Shown: positions 40,401 through 47,038 of the stretch, one piece after another
Position numbering within the stretch: position 1 is the first letter of the stretch
How the letters are laid out: each line of letters opens with the position of its first letter
DNA from: Andalucia godoyi And28
Taxonomy: Eukaryota > Protista > Jakobida
Length of the DNA stretch: 64,000 nt
NCBI GenBank assembly: GCA_009859145.1
Contig: VRVR01000031.1
Coordinates: forward strand, 1-64,000
Reading direction: 5' to 3'
Notes under the pieces: generated by a model
Databases searched by the model: none
Told to the model about the DNA's origin: nothing
What the model saw: the letters and a program-made list of their open reading frames with translations, nothing else
Made by a program: the position numbers and the translations under genes

Positions 40401-42873
40401 CAAACGTCATTACGCAAGCACAGACAGTCAGAAGTGCGTCTCGCAGTCGCGGTTCATTCGCGGGATCGAATCCTCGAATATCTGCTGCAGAACTTGCACA
40501 AAAGGAAAAGATCGCTTCAAGCGCTTCGCGAATCGTTATTGTAGTGTTGGAGATGCTTGTGGTGATGCAGTGGCATGCAACGTCCGAGACAAAATTGTCA
40601 AAAGAAGACGGTTGTAAAGAACTGTTTGCTGGCTTCGCATTGCCCAGGGAGCGCAACAGGGCATACGTCTTCGGTTGGAGCTGCTCAACTACAATATCCA
40701 TCGCTATTTCACGAATGCGATCACGCGCTACAAATGGGTCATAGTTGTCGGCAACGTCAATCAACATCTCCCAATAGTTCGCCTTCGGATCCGCGAAACG
40801 GAACTCCAGGTCAACTCTCAGCAGGTGCAACAGCATAGGGAGCATCTTGGCGCTGTTCAATTCATGCGATAGAAAGCCCATGAACAGTGGACGCAAGTCC
40901 GTCACCGTTGCGAGTTTTCCTCCGACAGCACGTACCAGTGACTCAGTAAGAACCGGCCGACACCCTTGGAAAACGATGTGAACGCATGCATCAAATGCGT
41001 TCACTGGAACACGACGGTGTTGAAAATCACGACAGTGTGCTTGAAAAACGATTTCAAATCGGTCACAAATTTCCTTAAGCAGCGGATTATCGCTTTGTGC
41101 AGCCTGCACCGCCGCAGCCCACACTCCCTCAATCATCCCGTCCAACCGACGGATAATGTCCACTCGGCGTTGGAAGAATTTGACCGCATGTCTGCTTGGA
41201 AAAGTCAGTCCAGTAGAAGCCAGTGCAGAGAGGAACTGCATCATTTCATCGACGGACGTGGCGCCAAACGCCAGCAGCGAAATGACGCAATCACAAAGCT
41301 GAATAGGAGAGTTCTTGATATTCTTCAGTAGGTTGACGACAGATTCTGAGGAAAACTGCTGATAGTTTGGGACGCTGCCCAGTGCGGGGGGTGGAAGGGT
41401 TGAATTCACAGCGAAATCCGCAATCCGTTCTAGTACGCTCAGATCAACACGCATTCGCAGCATGGCAAGAACAACATTTGCGAAGAAGGAAAGAGATGCT
41501 TTGCTTCCCCGCAATGAACTTTCAAAGAATGTGCAAAACATGCGTTGCAGTGTCGTTGATTTTGAAAGGTCAGTATCGGCAGAACTGGCGATGACCCATT
41601 TAACCACTGGCGATGTCTCTGCTTCGGAAGTGGGAGGAAACCATCCAGGCGTCTTGTGCAACAGCGGTCCTGTAATCGAGAGGTAGAGATAGAATCCACA
41701 CACCCCGGCCAACGCACTCGTGTCACTTGCACCTGCGACTTCGTTAAGGAGAGTAGACTGAGCTTTCAGAAATTCATTGTCACGAGAATACCCACCACTC
41801 ACCTTCCACCTACGAGTCAAAGCGCGCACAAACTCGTCCATGCTCACAATGCATTGAGGAAATTGGCGATAGCAGATCGCAGAAACAAAATATCGTAGGT
41901 AAAGAGATGAAGCGATGACAAACCGGTCTGCAGTCTGGTCCAACAGAAATTTGTCACGGCGCATTCCAATTGCAATGGAGGTCGTTCCGTCGCTTATAGA
42001 CAATGAGCGATTATGGTTAGATTCCCCTTCCCAACACTTTCTCTTACCATACAACTTGCCCGATTCCTCCCAATAGAACGTGAAACTTGCCACTCTCAAT
42101 GTAGGGTCTACATGAAGGGTGCCATGAAGAAGAGAATATCCCCAATCTGTCGCAATACACGACATCTCTACAGATGGCCATTCTTTGCGGTTGCGAGTGT
42201 CAGGGTCGTAGCAACACCGCACTTCCAAAACGTCGGAATACTCTGAATCATCTAGCAAAAGATAAACGTCAATTTTCAGGAAATCTGCACTCAGAACATT
42301 CGTTGCGAATGAAGATGAGATGTGGGGATCCGGGTAGGCACTTGTCAAACGTACAGATGGATTCGCCTCGTTCCCATCTCGATAACCAGCAGCAACATCT
42401 GGCTTCATCGTATCTCGTGGCAGAGAATTCTCAGTGCTCCGCATCGGCGATTGCGTTGTTGCCCCCGAGTTGACAACACTGGCAAACGAGGCCGTTGAAG
42501 GAAGCGAGACGTGCGACGATCCATGAACATCACGATGAGTTGGACCAGGAGACATTGAACGGTATGACGAGCGAGAGGATGCGGAATCGTTCCCTTTGGA
42601 ACCTGACAAATCCGACTCATTCGAAAAGGGTCCTGAGCCACCTTTCTGTCGATTGACTCCGTCCCCATGAGAAGTCGCAGCTTTTAACGGAGCTTCATCA
42701 ACGGCAGACGAAGGTTCACGTACATCGTAGGACGGACTCATAGAAAACGACGTGTATGCTGCACCATGGCTGCGGGAAGAACCGACAGCAGATGACGGAC
42801 CCGCAGGAACCGATGACATGGAGTTGGGTGCATCAGCCTTTCTTCCTTTTCCAGATTTATTGTTCTTGCTCAT
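28426..42873 (-). CDS. RNF213/mysterin-like giant dynein-type AAA+ ATPase with an RZ finger (~4,815 aa, single ORF)
   Basis: VVLMGETGCGKT / LFFDEINT / ACNPYRRR / YRVHPLP...VWDFG. FVVGKPGCSKS / VLDEVGLAE / NPLKVLH / SNWGLDAAKMNR / HGLRDFY. RZ-like CNC...DCG...CPICGEPIG at about 30751-30843. CBM20-like WEGESNHNRSL near 42020. Start placed at MSKNNK (42873). Confidence 0.92.
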   Translation of the reverse strand: MSKNNKSGKGRKADAPNSMSSVPAGPSSAVGSSRSHGAAYTSFSMSPSYDVREPSSAVDEAPLKAATSHGDGVNRQKGGSGPFSNESDLSGSKGNDSASSRSSYRSMSPGPTHRDVHGSSHVSLPSTASFASVVNSGATTQSPMRSTENSLPRDTMKPDVAAGYRDGNEANPSVRLTSAYPDPHISSSFATNVLSADFLKIDVYLLLDDSEYSDVLEVRCCYDPDTRNRKEWPSVEMSCIATDWGYSLLHGTLHVDPTLRVASFTFYWEESGKLYGKRKCWEGESNHNRSLSISDGTTSIAIGMRRDKFLLDQTADRFVIASSLYLRYFVSAICYRQFPQCIVSMDEFVRALTRRWKVSGGYSRDNEFLKAQSTLLNEVAGASDTSALAGVCGFYLYLSITGPLLHKTPGWFPPTSEAETSPVVKWVIASSADTDLSKSTTLQRMFCTFFESSLRGSKASLSFFANVVLAMLRMRVDLSVLERIADFAVNSTLPPPALGSVPNYQQFSSESVVNLLKNIKNSPIQLCDCVISLLAFGATSVDEMMQFLSALASTGLTFPSRHAVKFFQRRVDIIRRLDGMIEGVWAAAVQAAQSDNPLLKEICDRFEIVFQAHCRDFQHRRVPVNAFDACVHIVFQGCRPVLTESLVRAVGGKLATVTDLRPLFMGFLSHELNSAKMLPMLLHLLRVDLEFRFADPKANYWEMLIDVADNYDPFVARDRIREIAMDIVVEQLQPKTYALLRSLGNAKPANSSLQPSSFDNFVSDVACHCITTSISNTTITIREALEAIFSFCASSAADIRGFDPANEPRLRDALLTVCACVMTFATVVHASASVNSAVDLFRISGFYECMLVLYNNPLLLDALRARVNWLMPVLSAFRTIGDSMKHMTVVARDIRCLSAFAKTESSNAIVLFGLAGFAKRDPQHVMLELDATLNRFCDQVSALRSMYEYCRQQDAQDALVYVQDIDRMQKEMDDLPLKMVDSPHFDKCHDGFLSYCDTFRQLYSTRIFQNYLRYVGDRQTAPLQQDAPRSCATVLEDVICPTLKEFESAIQCFFKTETIRSAKLAFLREILKGINSVDALNTAYESLAKLNHECFNKSFVKKPDQVRFVDALKAVLSVDLVDCRCRSLRDIVQEVLHSEDTVFAGSTFQHILRMIGVIESKDTSLETYCTALDETLILLHRVRAWSSGFCLDSLNSLESLPGWLLLEKMALSSDLLQLCFRFQRENSNPRNLIDSVDQHADQFLRAQTIADAVEIHEFFLNFSTDFNTGALRNADSFFRLLFPLLDSAGNILLNIVAKLDQCRLHAHGLLRIYTGVANRAEATRTIVLDCVKHGRLRLVADDTTHVVSYDAEGPQFRLKSEELSDLCSRALLLVNSHQQAAEIEALASPGANAGATFGAMQRFIQVVGAMQEIVRNLNRLSAFGGPLEQALRCIEPMISFGDGQHDSLLQAKDICSQTMEEWSSAVQDALCSDAHHLLSFVHPSLYNVIERFFSDRCEQDDVNLVRSIMAFMCPVPTDVAFHVDGLPRFETVQLDVQDLLTRDRFREHCCKRIASVSEMMQMLYQRVLHGITGRQQRETPISFTGIQVIEARTPETLVSTLIEVQYSHERKEFRPLPTANILFCMPQTRFEELLLFLRRCFSDNLRNPSKPATYLLVLPHVLQLQLLNFALDQIRLQSTAVVTQMVKPFTLGIICGTSAQSVMISLKLEVAFVPPRLTSVAIKRALSGAMATADNVSTLVVKSDLPALGKSEVIAIDATSRELRLVSIALGALVSKEDVMRSLARAVSMAAGPQQVALHVVIHHVENVAQVHQFLYQILVSRCLLSDSDIRPLFCPFPYVYVEISNTHEKQLQDLPLLSMLGSLEIPTLQWDRLQVSNYVLNPTQVVCAYLHALSADTLNTVDVLFSGPKAAIALSADECRALLRRYLVEGEHHDFTFATVRVFVNTLAVQLRKMSTSVFWKVSTIKASSRGATTARSDLVAFMVKMCRGLAQRNTKTLRAVQRQQHGSMSVADARFNGMKKWEETDQLLILFHNSNTSVVSIVARRQETMPQGLVELLKAQGANANALANATATELRTRLIEICCKNPRLVQPDDGKYALTLDNFVKMMLISARIQANVPVVLMGETGCGKTSLIRYLALVSAVEFIVFLVHAGISAADIEDQVLNAEKISIERGVPVWLFFDEINTSVHLGLLNDVVCHRRIRDRAILPPVSLLCACNPYRRRVGEAVSAGLNIRIKRLERPEFAQRRDKSTELVYRVHPLPETMMEYVWDFGRLDDVEEERYIEAMVLKKIADSEAMKNADFLQDNRNHLVVQLVIRAQRFVKAVEADAAVSLRDVNRFLLLLEFFSEHLVPLLRSGALMTGYDYHHFYRVSNVPNWLRATVLALGHAYHARLPTVEARKLFADTIVAVMNKSEIASLVDGTLFQNIIHIEGLSYLSMMVLDQEVAPNAALIENVFVMLVCILNKIPLFVVGKPGCSKSLSLSLIQQSVRGKDSSHSYFKKFPQLQFVSYQGSESSTSEGIKKVFDKAVDYQRKFGANSVISVVVLDEVGLAEISVHNPLKVLHNLLEPSTGEMPEVAVVGVSNWGLDAAKMNRAVHLSRPDLSVGDLQVTARVLIGASSVHMHQINDIVPNLADAYNHYYKNQLRENFHGLRDFYSLCKAMHRNIVLTGQVSREFVLAVQRNFSGMPSASPSIIDQFRHKFSSSVFAFDFRTHDVMHLIKSNLEDSLSRHLMMITSSDSSLSILKSVIQTSNQRNPLILRGSLWPGDQCDDYRYQVLSRIILCMEQGRVLVLRKHDGIYSSLYDVLNQHYVIVGGRRSCRVAIGAFSNPVCTVADGFKCVVLMDQEDVRNADPPFLNRFEKQNASFADVLQSSNDLKNICDTVRRWVDSVSDADGHDASSTFVGYDPTETVPSLVFLMHSIHSGHALMEACKESMLRLMTLDGVARMRYSKLAQQSQEQVANHLHFVADHCFPTSLQEFLLDDSRPKLAVAHCFLDQFSSMSEVMPQSAHVIMLSGVKAEFELAQNFQDFLRSIHETVYVVRMHATDQAEHFLNVLNLLEDMLSQWETAQHGTHLRKRVVVLCHRAPCHMEESSRELRTVFIAGWEHLHFHRTASTDQPSDLMPWMQRAIRDIILTDDATLEERVYASLPRALNLVVAEDAQVPSQIMSDHCRRARASSQFCKILIRCSRHFVEKAQTAKSATWFSDLARATGQMFMNGSLLETGAETIRKHLLWPMVLAIKALEDMAMMEVVTSDVDDALPASLAGILDRTCAHVLFPLIQKPFLGNGRVDAQMVNRKHVPRLGSYRFPFAHVLFAKFSQARVEFESHAKDNALADSQIADWLFEELGASIVVPEHLIAGSDSALALFEDFVTYLSTLCGVAQSAQQLEAHRVIVRRVLQDVHIDSDCELPTAIRLYVENCGQIDMRLRLMSSFSSPKLRSEISDSMTDFDAEVSFDDQFLAALTAAIRPSDDAQLERDAADFHIEMWLQDLTEVTILLQRSGYRKLLPSVRILRELATLFHRNPSLERNDLVILAFSVLDDDDEAFWETAMSLLQDVTGRQDTALLEDYVMFLNRFIRNGKMLPSLAQFLEEADRECFVPFVIPCLKYIAQKISVTSVLDAVTAGCFADAELTRSGSRLGILSRALNRIPAQKPFYDSPLFIAVVDRLIDVLADDEVGIDFDDDQNLWLRAAARSFAILRDPANCGSKLLLASAVACVYVVLKNVADVHLNELNDNGSAMVRLLNDVHNSWSSGNCRYLRAVQVLLLKQVGVGLGTTSEIEEFASDRLNILHFLDVPWAEETTVLDESSGPVGCPVFNSLPGVTDAFSTFLDYLSTRSIARIPDLLHPDRVRATFLFLAGTWSIGQVWPTVQQEMDMFVTEVRRLLNEDVGLRNALDPSYRKALSYIVDCKYPRVVGFDWLAVVSGQVPENGTSFVFSSQVASLIFRLAADLFEPGLQSLFACLARGQISSAVLADLFLPTAAENDEIVAVLAQLSKETDRVTRYRCNCGGLYFVYDCGNQVETGTCPICGEPIGAVNGYGTVRNGVTRIDAAPLTRDNAAAILGKEAIKPGYVNIDPTKLFKFDAVRGMNAIQFRVIRLLLHMSMCIPTLLLDRPVVTLGVAVPLESLCAHIASDMQVLPELLNLSPANTCVFVHSAIRQLLSTAETIPCTLLKRAAERDRLEMLLSQELTTLMADGSAQGAVGDFEAASRMAITDRAFESRLPLEIAECNHNDIADVDYRADMWPAVWRLRDSPSDEAVQSSFMNVTGCRERYPVLNLLFTKCEKLETISALQPVLEFARAVSSIVHQKTSRRVTKAMTFNQLLADHPQLRGQFYEFANAWKEAAPLVRRFQCIARVPVPPEITIDSTIAFAVFDDRDEGIVLTAVIQALADLQNDVLRQLQEIDPPVGRFLTSLPRLSLEDGGGKFPVVPLAKINTTDHIIHCDGFEHVAVVCREWSHQGLEYGAGRLTTYEWEVAEDVSGASLLSNKAIIDVSDLTKVQYSDEIFGGSQNVVRAVQRKIKQEPLTITEVALVKEEFTKKCMVPATLIETFATVFATILRVNPDPSVMLRDFAKDILVANRDHFFQTSHVALISVSKIVSLFELIEDTIGLSLVDNNPAVRDDLPEDARLSATEFFTSRLTPAQQQMLKSGMCRTAVRYLSTDPCPIPPTMPLSYVFASETFQIFLPGDADAGIFSDLPGNLLLRHLAQSFALLDEVIEQQGAVALHESETSMSAAFSSLSLDPNPESSSSVGSGNNHPTPGSSASASFSHTPGIPRAGPPMGKPKVQTKPKTVRREVLDDFDDMA

Positions 42874-43733
42874 TTTTCGTTTTACCAAGTTAGAAACCAA
42901 GATCAAAGTGAAATGCGAAAGAAAATAGGGAGAAACAACAGGAAGCGGAGGAAGGAGACCGAAGAGAGAACTGTGTGAGAGACTATGAGGCACTGTGAGC
43001 TCGTGCAAGTGAGAGGTCGGCACTCAGTAACCGGCAGTGCTGACATCCGCGTGAACTTGATGGACGAAACCGGATGTCCGGAATTCTGGAACACCCGGAT
43101 TCTCCATCTCGCATCGTTCCTTCGTTTGCTCCTCCTCTGACCAAGTCGTCCGTGACTCACTTTGCAAGTCACTCAAAGAAAAGGCGCTTCAAATCCGGGC
43201 TCCATCCTGCTCACACGCAAGGCTGAGAACGGACCGACTGCTGAGACGGATGCTATGCGACAGTAACGGAAAGCGCATCTTCGCCCAAAAGCGCTCTTTC
43301 AAGCAGGCAAGCACGACAATCATTCACCCAGTGTGTGATCGGACAACCAGGGATCTGCTCGTCTGTAACTTCTTTATTTTCCCAAACTCCCGCGACGATC
43401 AAACGCGATGGACAAACGAGCAGAATCAAGTTTTCATCTTGCAATCCTTCAATCCCCATCAAGCAATGTTAGAGCAGATCATTTGTTTCATTCATGTGTA
43501 ACGTTACTGTCAACGGCACAACACACAAACTCGAGAAATGGCAGGCAGAAGGGGAGTCGGTGAATCGGAACAAAGGGAGCTTGTTTTCTGGCCCCGCCGA
43601 CTTCTTGCGTGAGACAACATTCACTTCAATTTATTTTTGGCTTTATGTGAGATGCATGTACAGTTCAGTTTTATTATGGAAATTCGTTCATTCTTCTGAA
43701 TTCAATACAAACGCACTTACCACTCTCTGCTGA

Positions 43734-44945
43734 ATGAATAAAATGGCTTCTAGTGTGATGCCGTTCCACTGTGGACATTGCAATCTCAGCTTGACTTCCG
43801 AAGATTTTCCATCATTCGCGATGACGTCCGAGTGCAACCACGACCCGATTTGTTTCATGTGCTTTCACAACCAATCTCGTCACAAATTCGATGATGAAGA
43901 GGAAGAAGATGATGATGACGAGGATGAGGAAGACGACCACGACAATGGCGCTCCTATTGCGTGTCCGATGTGCAAAAAAGCGGTTCATCCGCTCCTGGCA
44001 GCAGCTGCAGACATATATGCGCGTTATCGTGCTGCTGGCGGTCTCCAAACCGGACTGGATATCGGCGTCGCTGCCCACGCACAGAGTGATGATAATATAC
44101 TGTTCCCAGACACGTACGACTTGTATGTATCCACGCTGGACGGCCGGCGCAGCATGTGTTCTGTCACGTCGCTGTGGAAACTGCAAGACTTGTTGGAGTG
44201 GTGTCGGAAGAAGTTCGGTTTTCGCCCCCAACAACAGCGTTTGTACCTAGGAGACCGCGAATTCTCCGGTAAGGACGCGGAGACGTGTACCAAGCTGCTT
44301 GGCGCCGATCTCGGCGTTGGCCCTGATGCAGAGCTGAACCTGGTGTTCGTGTTATTGGAGGTCGGAACGGATGGTGGTGACATCCGCACCGTTGTGTTCG
44401 ATTTGAAATGGGGCTATCCTGCAGCTGGCCGCGACTACTTGGACGGTTCGTGCCTCATTTTCGCTGGCCACGATTTTCGCATCCCTATCGATTTCAATAT
44501 GCAGGTGATTCCGGATGAAGCAGGTCTCGATTACATTTCTCATTCTGGTGACATTATGGACGACTCCAAGAGGCTTGGTCATCATAAAATCCAAGTCAAC
44601 CTACAGGCCACGCCCCGTGATGTGACTGCAATGTTCTTCACGCTCAGTGCCTACAACTCCAGCACTATTGCGAGCTTTCCGACAGCAGCAGTCTCCATGT
44701 TCGACGCTCGGCGCCCAGAGGATCAACTGTGCGAGTACGCAGTATTGAAGGAGGCAGGTGCGCATCAGGGTGTTGTCATGTGTGCCCTCGTGCGTGTTCC
44801 TAGTGCCAGAGCTGATCCGACGCACTCGCCCTGGACGGTGGTGGCGTTGGGCACGGTTTCGAAGGGCAACGCGAAAGACTATGGACCCTTGGTGCAGACA
44901 ATTAATGGTCGGTGTATGCGTACGTGCGAAGCAGCTGCACATTGA
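43734..44945 (+). CDS. RING-HC + ubiquitin-like + TerD-family domain protein
   Basis: RING ligands CGHC, CNH, CFMC, CPMC with an acidic insert. Ubl LYVSTLDG...FGFRPQQQRLYL. TerD-like DLKWG...DYLDGSC, HSGD, HKIQVNL..TP.DV..MFF.LSAY, WTVVALG. Confidence 0.8.
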   Translation: MNKMASSVMPFHCGHCNLSLTSEDFPSFAMTSECNHDPICFMCFHNQSRHKFDDEEEEDDDDEDEEDDHDNGAPIACPMCKKAVHPLLAAAADIYARYRAAGGLQTGLDIGVAAHAQSDDNILFPDTYDLYVSTLDGRRSMCSVTSLWKLQDLLEWCRKKFGFRPQQQRLYLGDREFSGKDAETCTKLLGADLGVGPDAELNLVFVLLEVGTDGGDIRTVVFDLKWGYPAAGRDYLDGSCLIFAGHDFRIPIDFNMQVIPDEAGLDYISHSGDIMDDSKRLGHHKIQVNLQATPRDVTAMFFTLSAYNSSTIASFPTAAVSMFDARRPEDQLCEYAVLKEAGAHQGVVMCALVRVPSARADPTHSPWTVVALGTVSKGNAKDYGPLVQTINGRCMRTCEAAAH

Positions 44946-44996
44946 TCGATCTCTGGGGAAGTGGATAAATAACCGTTTATGACTGTTAAGAAACGT

Positions 44997-46549
44997 CTAT
45001 CCAAAATATTCCACAAAGCACAACCACACTGCGGCATTCGAAATGTAGCGGGCGGTTCCGGCTGTGGACTGGAAATACGCCTGAAACAGCTTAGTGAAGC
45101 CATTGTCGATCAATATGCGTCCGCAGGGAGTCGGACCGTCTAGAACCGCGTCCGCAATTGAGATTAGCGGATGGTCGTCAGTCGAAGTCGCGAGAACTTG
45201 CATTCGTCCCGTTGCATTGGGGTAACAGATTGTATTTCCCTCATACAGCTGCTCAATTCCGGTCAAGATCAGATGCATGCCAAAGAAACCCTTTTGGCGC
45301 GGGTCGCCTCGACGCAGCACTTGCATTCCTGGTGTATTGCCGACGAGTTGTACTGGGGAACCTCCAGTTCCCAAGTCCAGTTTTGCGAGAATGAAATTTG
45401 CGTGCAAAAAGTATGGATCATTGTCACCCCATAACATTACTCCTCGAAGACTCCGACTAAAGTCCACGACAGCTCGAACGAATTCCTCCTTATCAGAAAA
45501 GGGGTCCCGGAATGTGCAATGACTAATGACCCACAGGACGTCATAGTCCACGCGTGCGCCAGGCTGCAAGCTCTGCCGTACCATGCGAGTAAATTCTTTC
45601 TCTGACTCAGTAACCTCAATCTGAAACCCTTTAATCGTCTTCAAGGCATGCACGGCGCATGACCGCAGTTCATCGGGTAACATGTAAGGACAGAAATTGC
45701 CCACAAGTACGCGGAATTCCGAGAATGCACCGTCAGCGCCCAGATCGAACTCCGTGCCTGCGGCGTTTCCAAACGCATCCTTCTGATAGTAAAACTGCTG
45801 CTGTTCCGCTGAAAGTTTGTTGTAGTACGTCACCACGAGAGAAAGCCGCAGATGATCGAGGCCTTGGTTTTGCGCATTTCGAATCACATCTGGGGTAATG
45901 TACTGATCCAGAGTCATCTCTTTGTTGGCTGAAGCCTCCTGTGTATACGACAGCATGAGTATTCAAAACAGGACTTAAAAACAGGAATAGGTACAGAGAA
46001 TGCATACCACAAACTCGGTCTCGCCGAGAAACAGCTTCTGCAGTCGCGGACTCGGATGCTTCGAGTGCATCTTCTGAAGCGCAGATTTTAATTCGAAAAT
46101 AGACGTCTGCGGAGTTGCTGTCAACGAAAACTCGATGCCGCTCACGCACGACACAACAACCATCGACGTAAAGTCTTCTACGGCGATTTCGTTATGGTCG
46201 AATGCTGCACTTGCGCTCAGCTGCTGAACGCAGATGCCTCCATCCCGGAGAGAATGTGTCCAAATGCGCCACTGCTGGAGCTCGCCTTCGGAGAGGGCTC
46301 TGTGGCATGACCGACACGATTTGCAATCATCATCTACTATGCACTGGACATGCAAGGAAAACAAACAGATGTGAACAACATGTGCGTGTGCACAGCAGAT
46401 CTTCTCGCTGTTGCGAATGAGAACAGATAACATACGTTAACGCACAGACCGGCAGGGTGGGTGCATCCGACATGAACCGCACACTCGAACGTCAGATAAG
46501 AGCTTTCCACTCCGCAGCGGAGACACGTCAGTGCACTTCCTGTAAGCAT
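44997..46549 (-). CDS. Three-exon RING-HC + ubiquitin-like + class-I-GATase-like (GIFT/ThuA-like fold) protein, 463 aa
   Basis: Exons 46549-46436, 46343-46008 and 45938-44997 join in phase 0 across GTATGT..CAG (92 bp) and GTATGC..CAG (69 bp) introns. This restores the RING CLRC..CTH..CVN|C..CRSC and the Ubl VSCVSG...QKLFLGETEFV|EASANKEMTLDQY. C-terminal motifs: FDLGADGAF, KGF, YDVLWVIS, WGDNDPY..AN, LYEG.TI, GRILIDNGFTKL, AGTARYISNAAVWL. Confidence 0.78.
45939..46007 (-). other. Spliceosomal intron 2 (69 bp)
   Basis: GTATGC donor and ACAG acceptor; removal joins the two halves of the Ubl in frame and removes a stop. Confidence 0.82.
46344..46435 (-). other. Spliceosomal intron 1 (92 bp)
   Basis: GTATGT donor, pyrimidine tract, TCCAG acceptor; removal reconstitutes a RING Cys pair. 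Confidence 0.8.
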
Positions 46550-47038
46550 CGCGAATGCAGTTGGATGAATCCGCGGGGTTTGACGATTTGCAAGTAGCAA
46601 TATACTGACATGCGCAGAATGGCAGTCCGCTCTCCGCAACAGGATTTTCGAAGTCTTCTAGCGATGCTTTCCAAATGGGACTACAGACGCTGAGCATCGA
46701 AATCCGCTGGGAGCAGATTCGAAGACAAGACAGAATATCCACTTGGTTCCCAGTAGAGTGATATGAACGACTTCCAGGACGCATGCTTGCAGTCTTTAGG
46801 TTTCCTCAGAAGCATCCCAACATGTTGTTACCACGTTCTAGACAAGCAGTAAGCCTACATTGCGTACGTACAGTATCTCTCTCACCATGCTCACTGGCTG
46901 TACTCAGCATCAGAAATAGTCTCAAGGGCTTTCCTTCACAATTCGAATGCCCAACATTAACATCGATCCGAGTTTGTTGCAGGGCGGTGCTCTTTTCGAT
47001 TGATTTTGGGACTCTGCGTTTCCTTCCAAAGTCCGTAA

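Noticed and set aside
28580-42668. Many 60-285 aa plus-strand ORFs overlapping the RNF213-like gene
   Set aside because: Antisense shadows of a long coding frame with no motifs. The same applies to 8191-8991, 49531-50724 and 19566-20327.
43060-43100. Imperfect CCGG/GAATTC palindromes upstream of the RNF213-like gene, and similar GGGATTTTCC / AACTGCCCGA words near 5640, 7445, 7510 and 10680
   Set aside because: Short and degenerate; cannot be distinguished from chance or generic promoter words without motif statistics. No array or stable RNA fold is supported.
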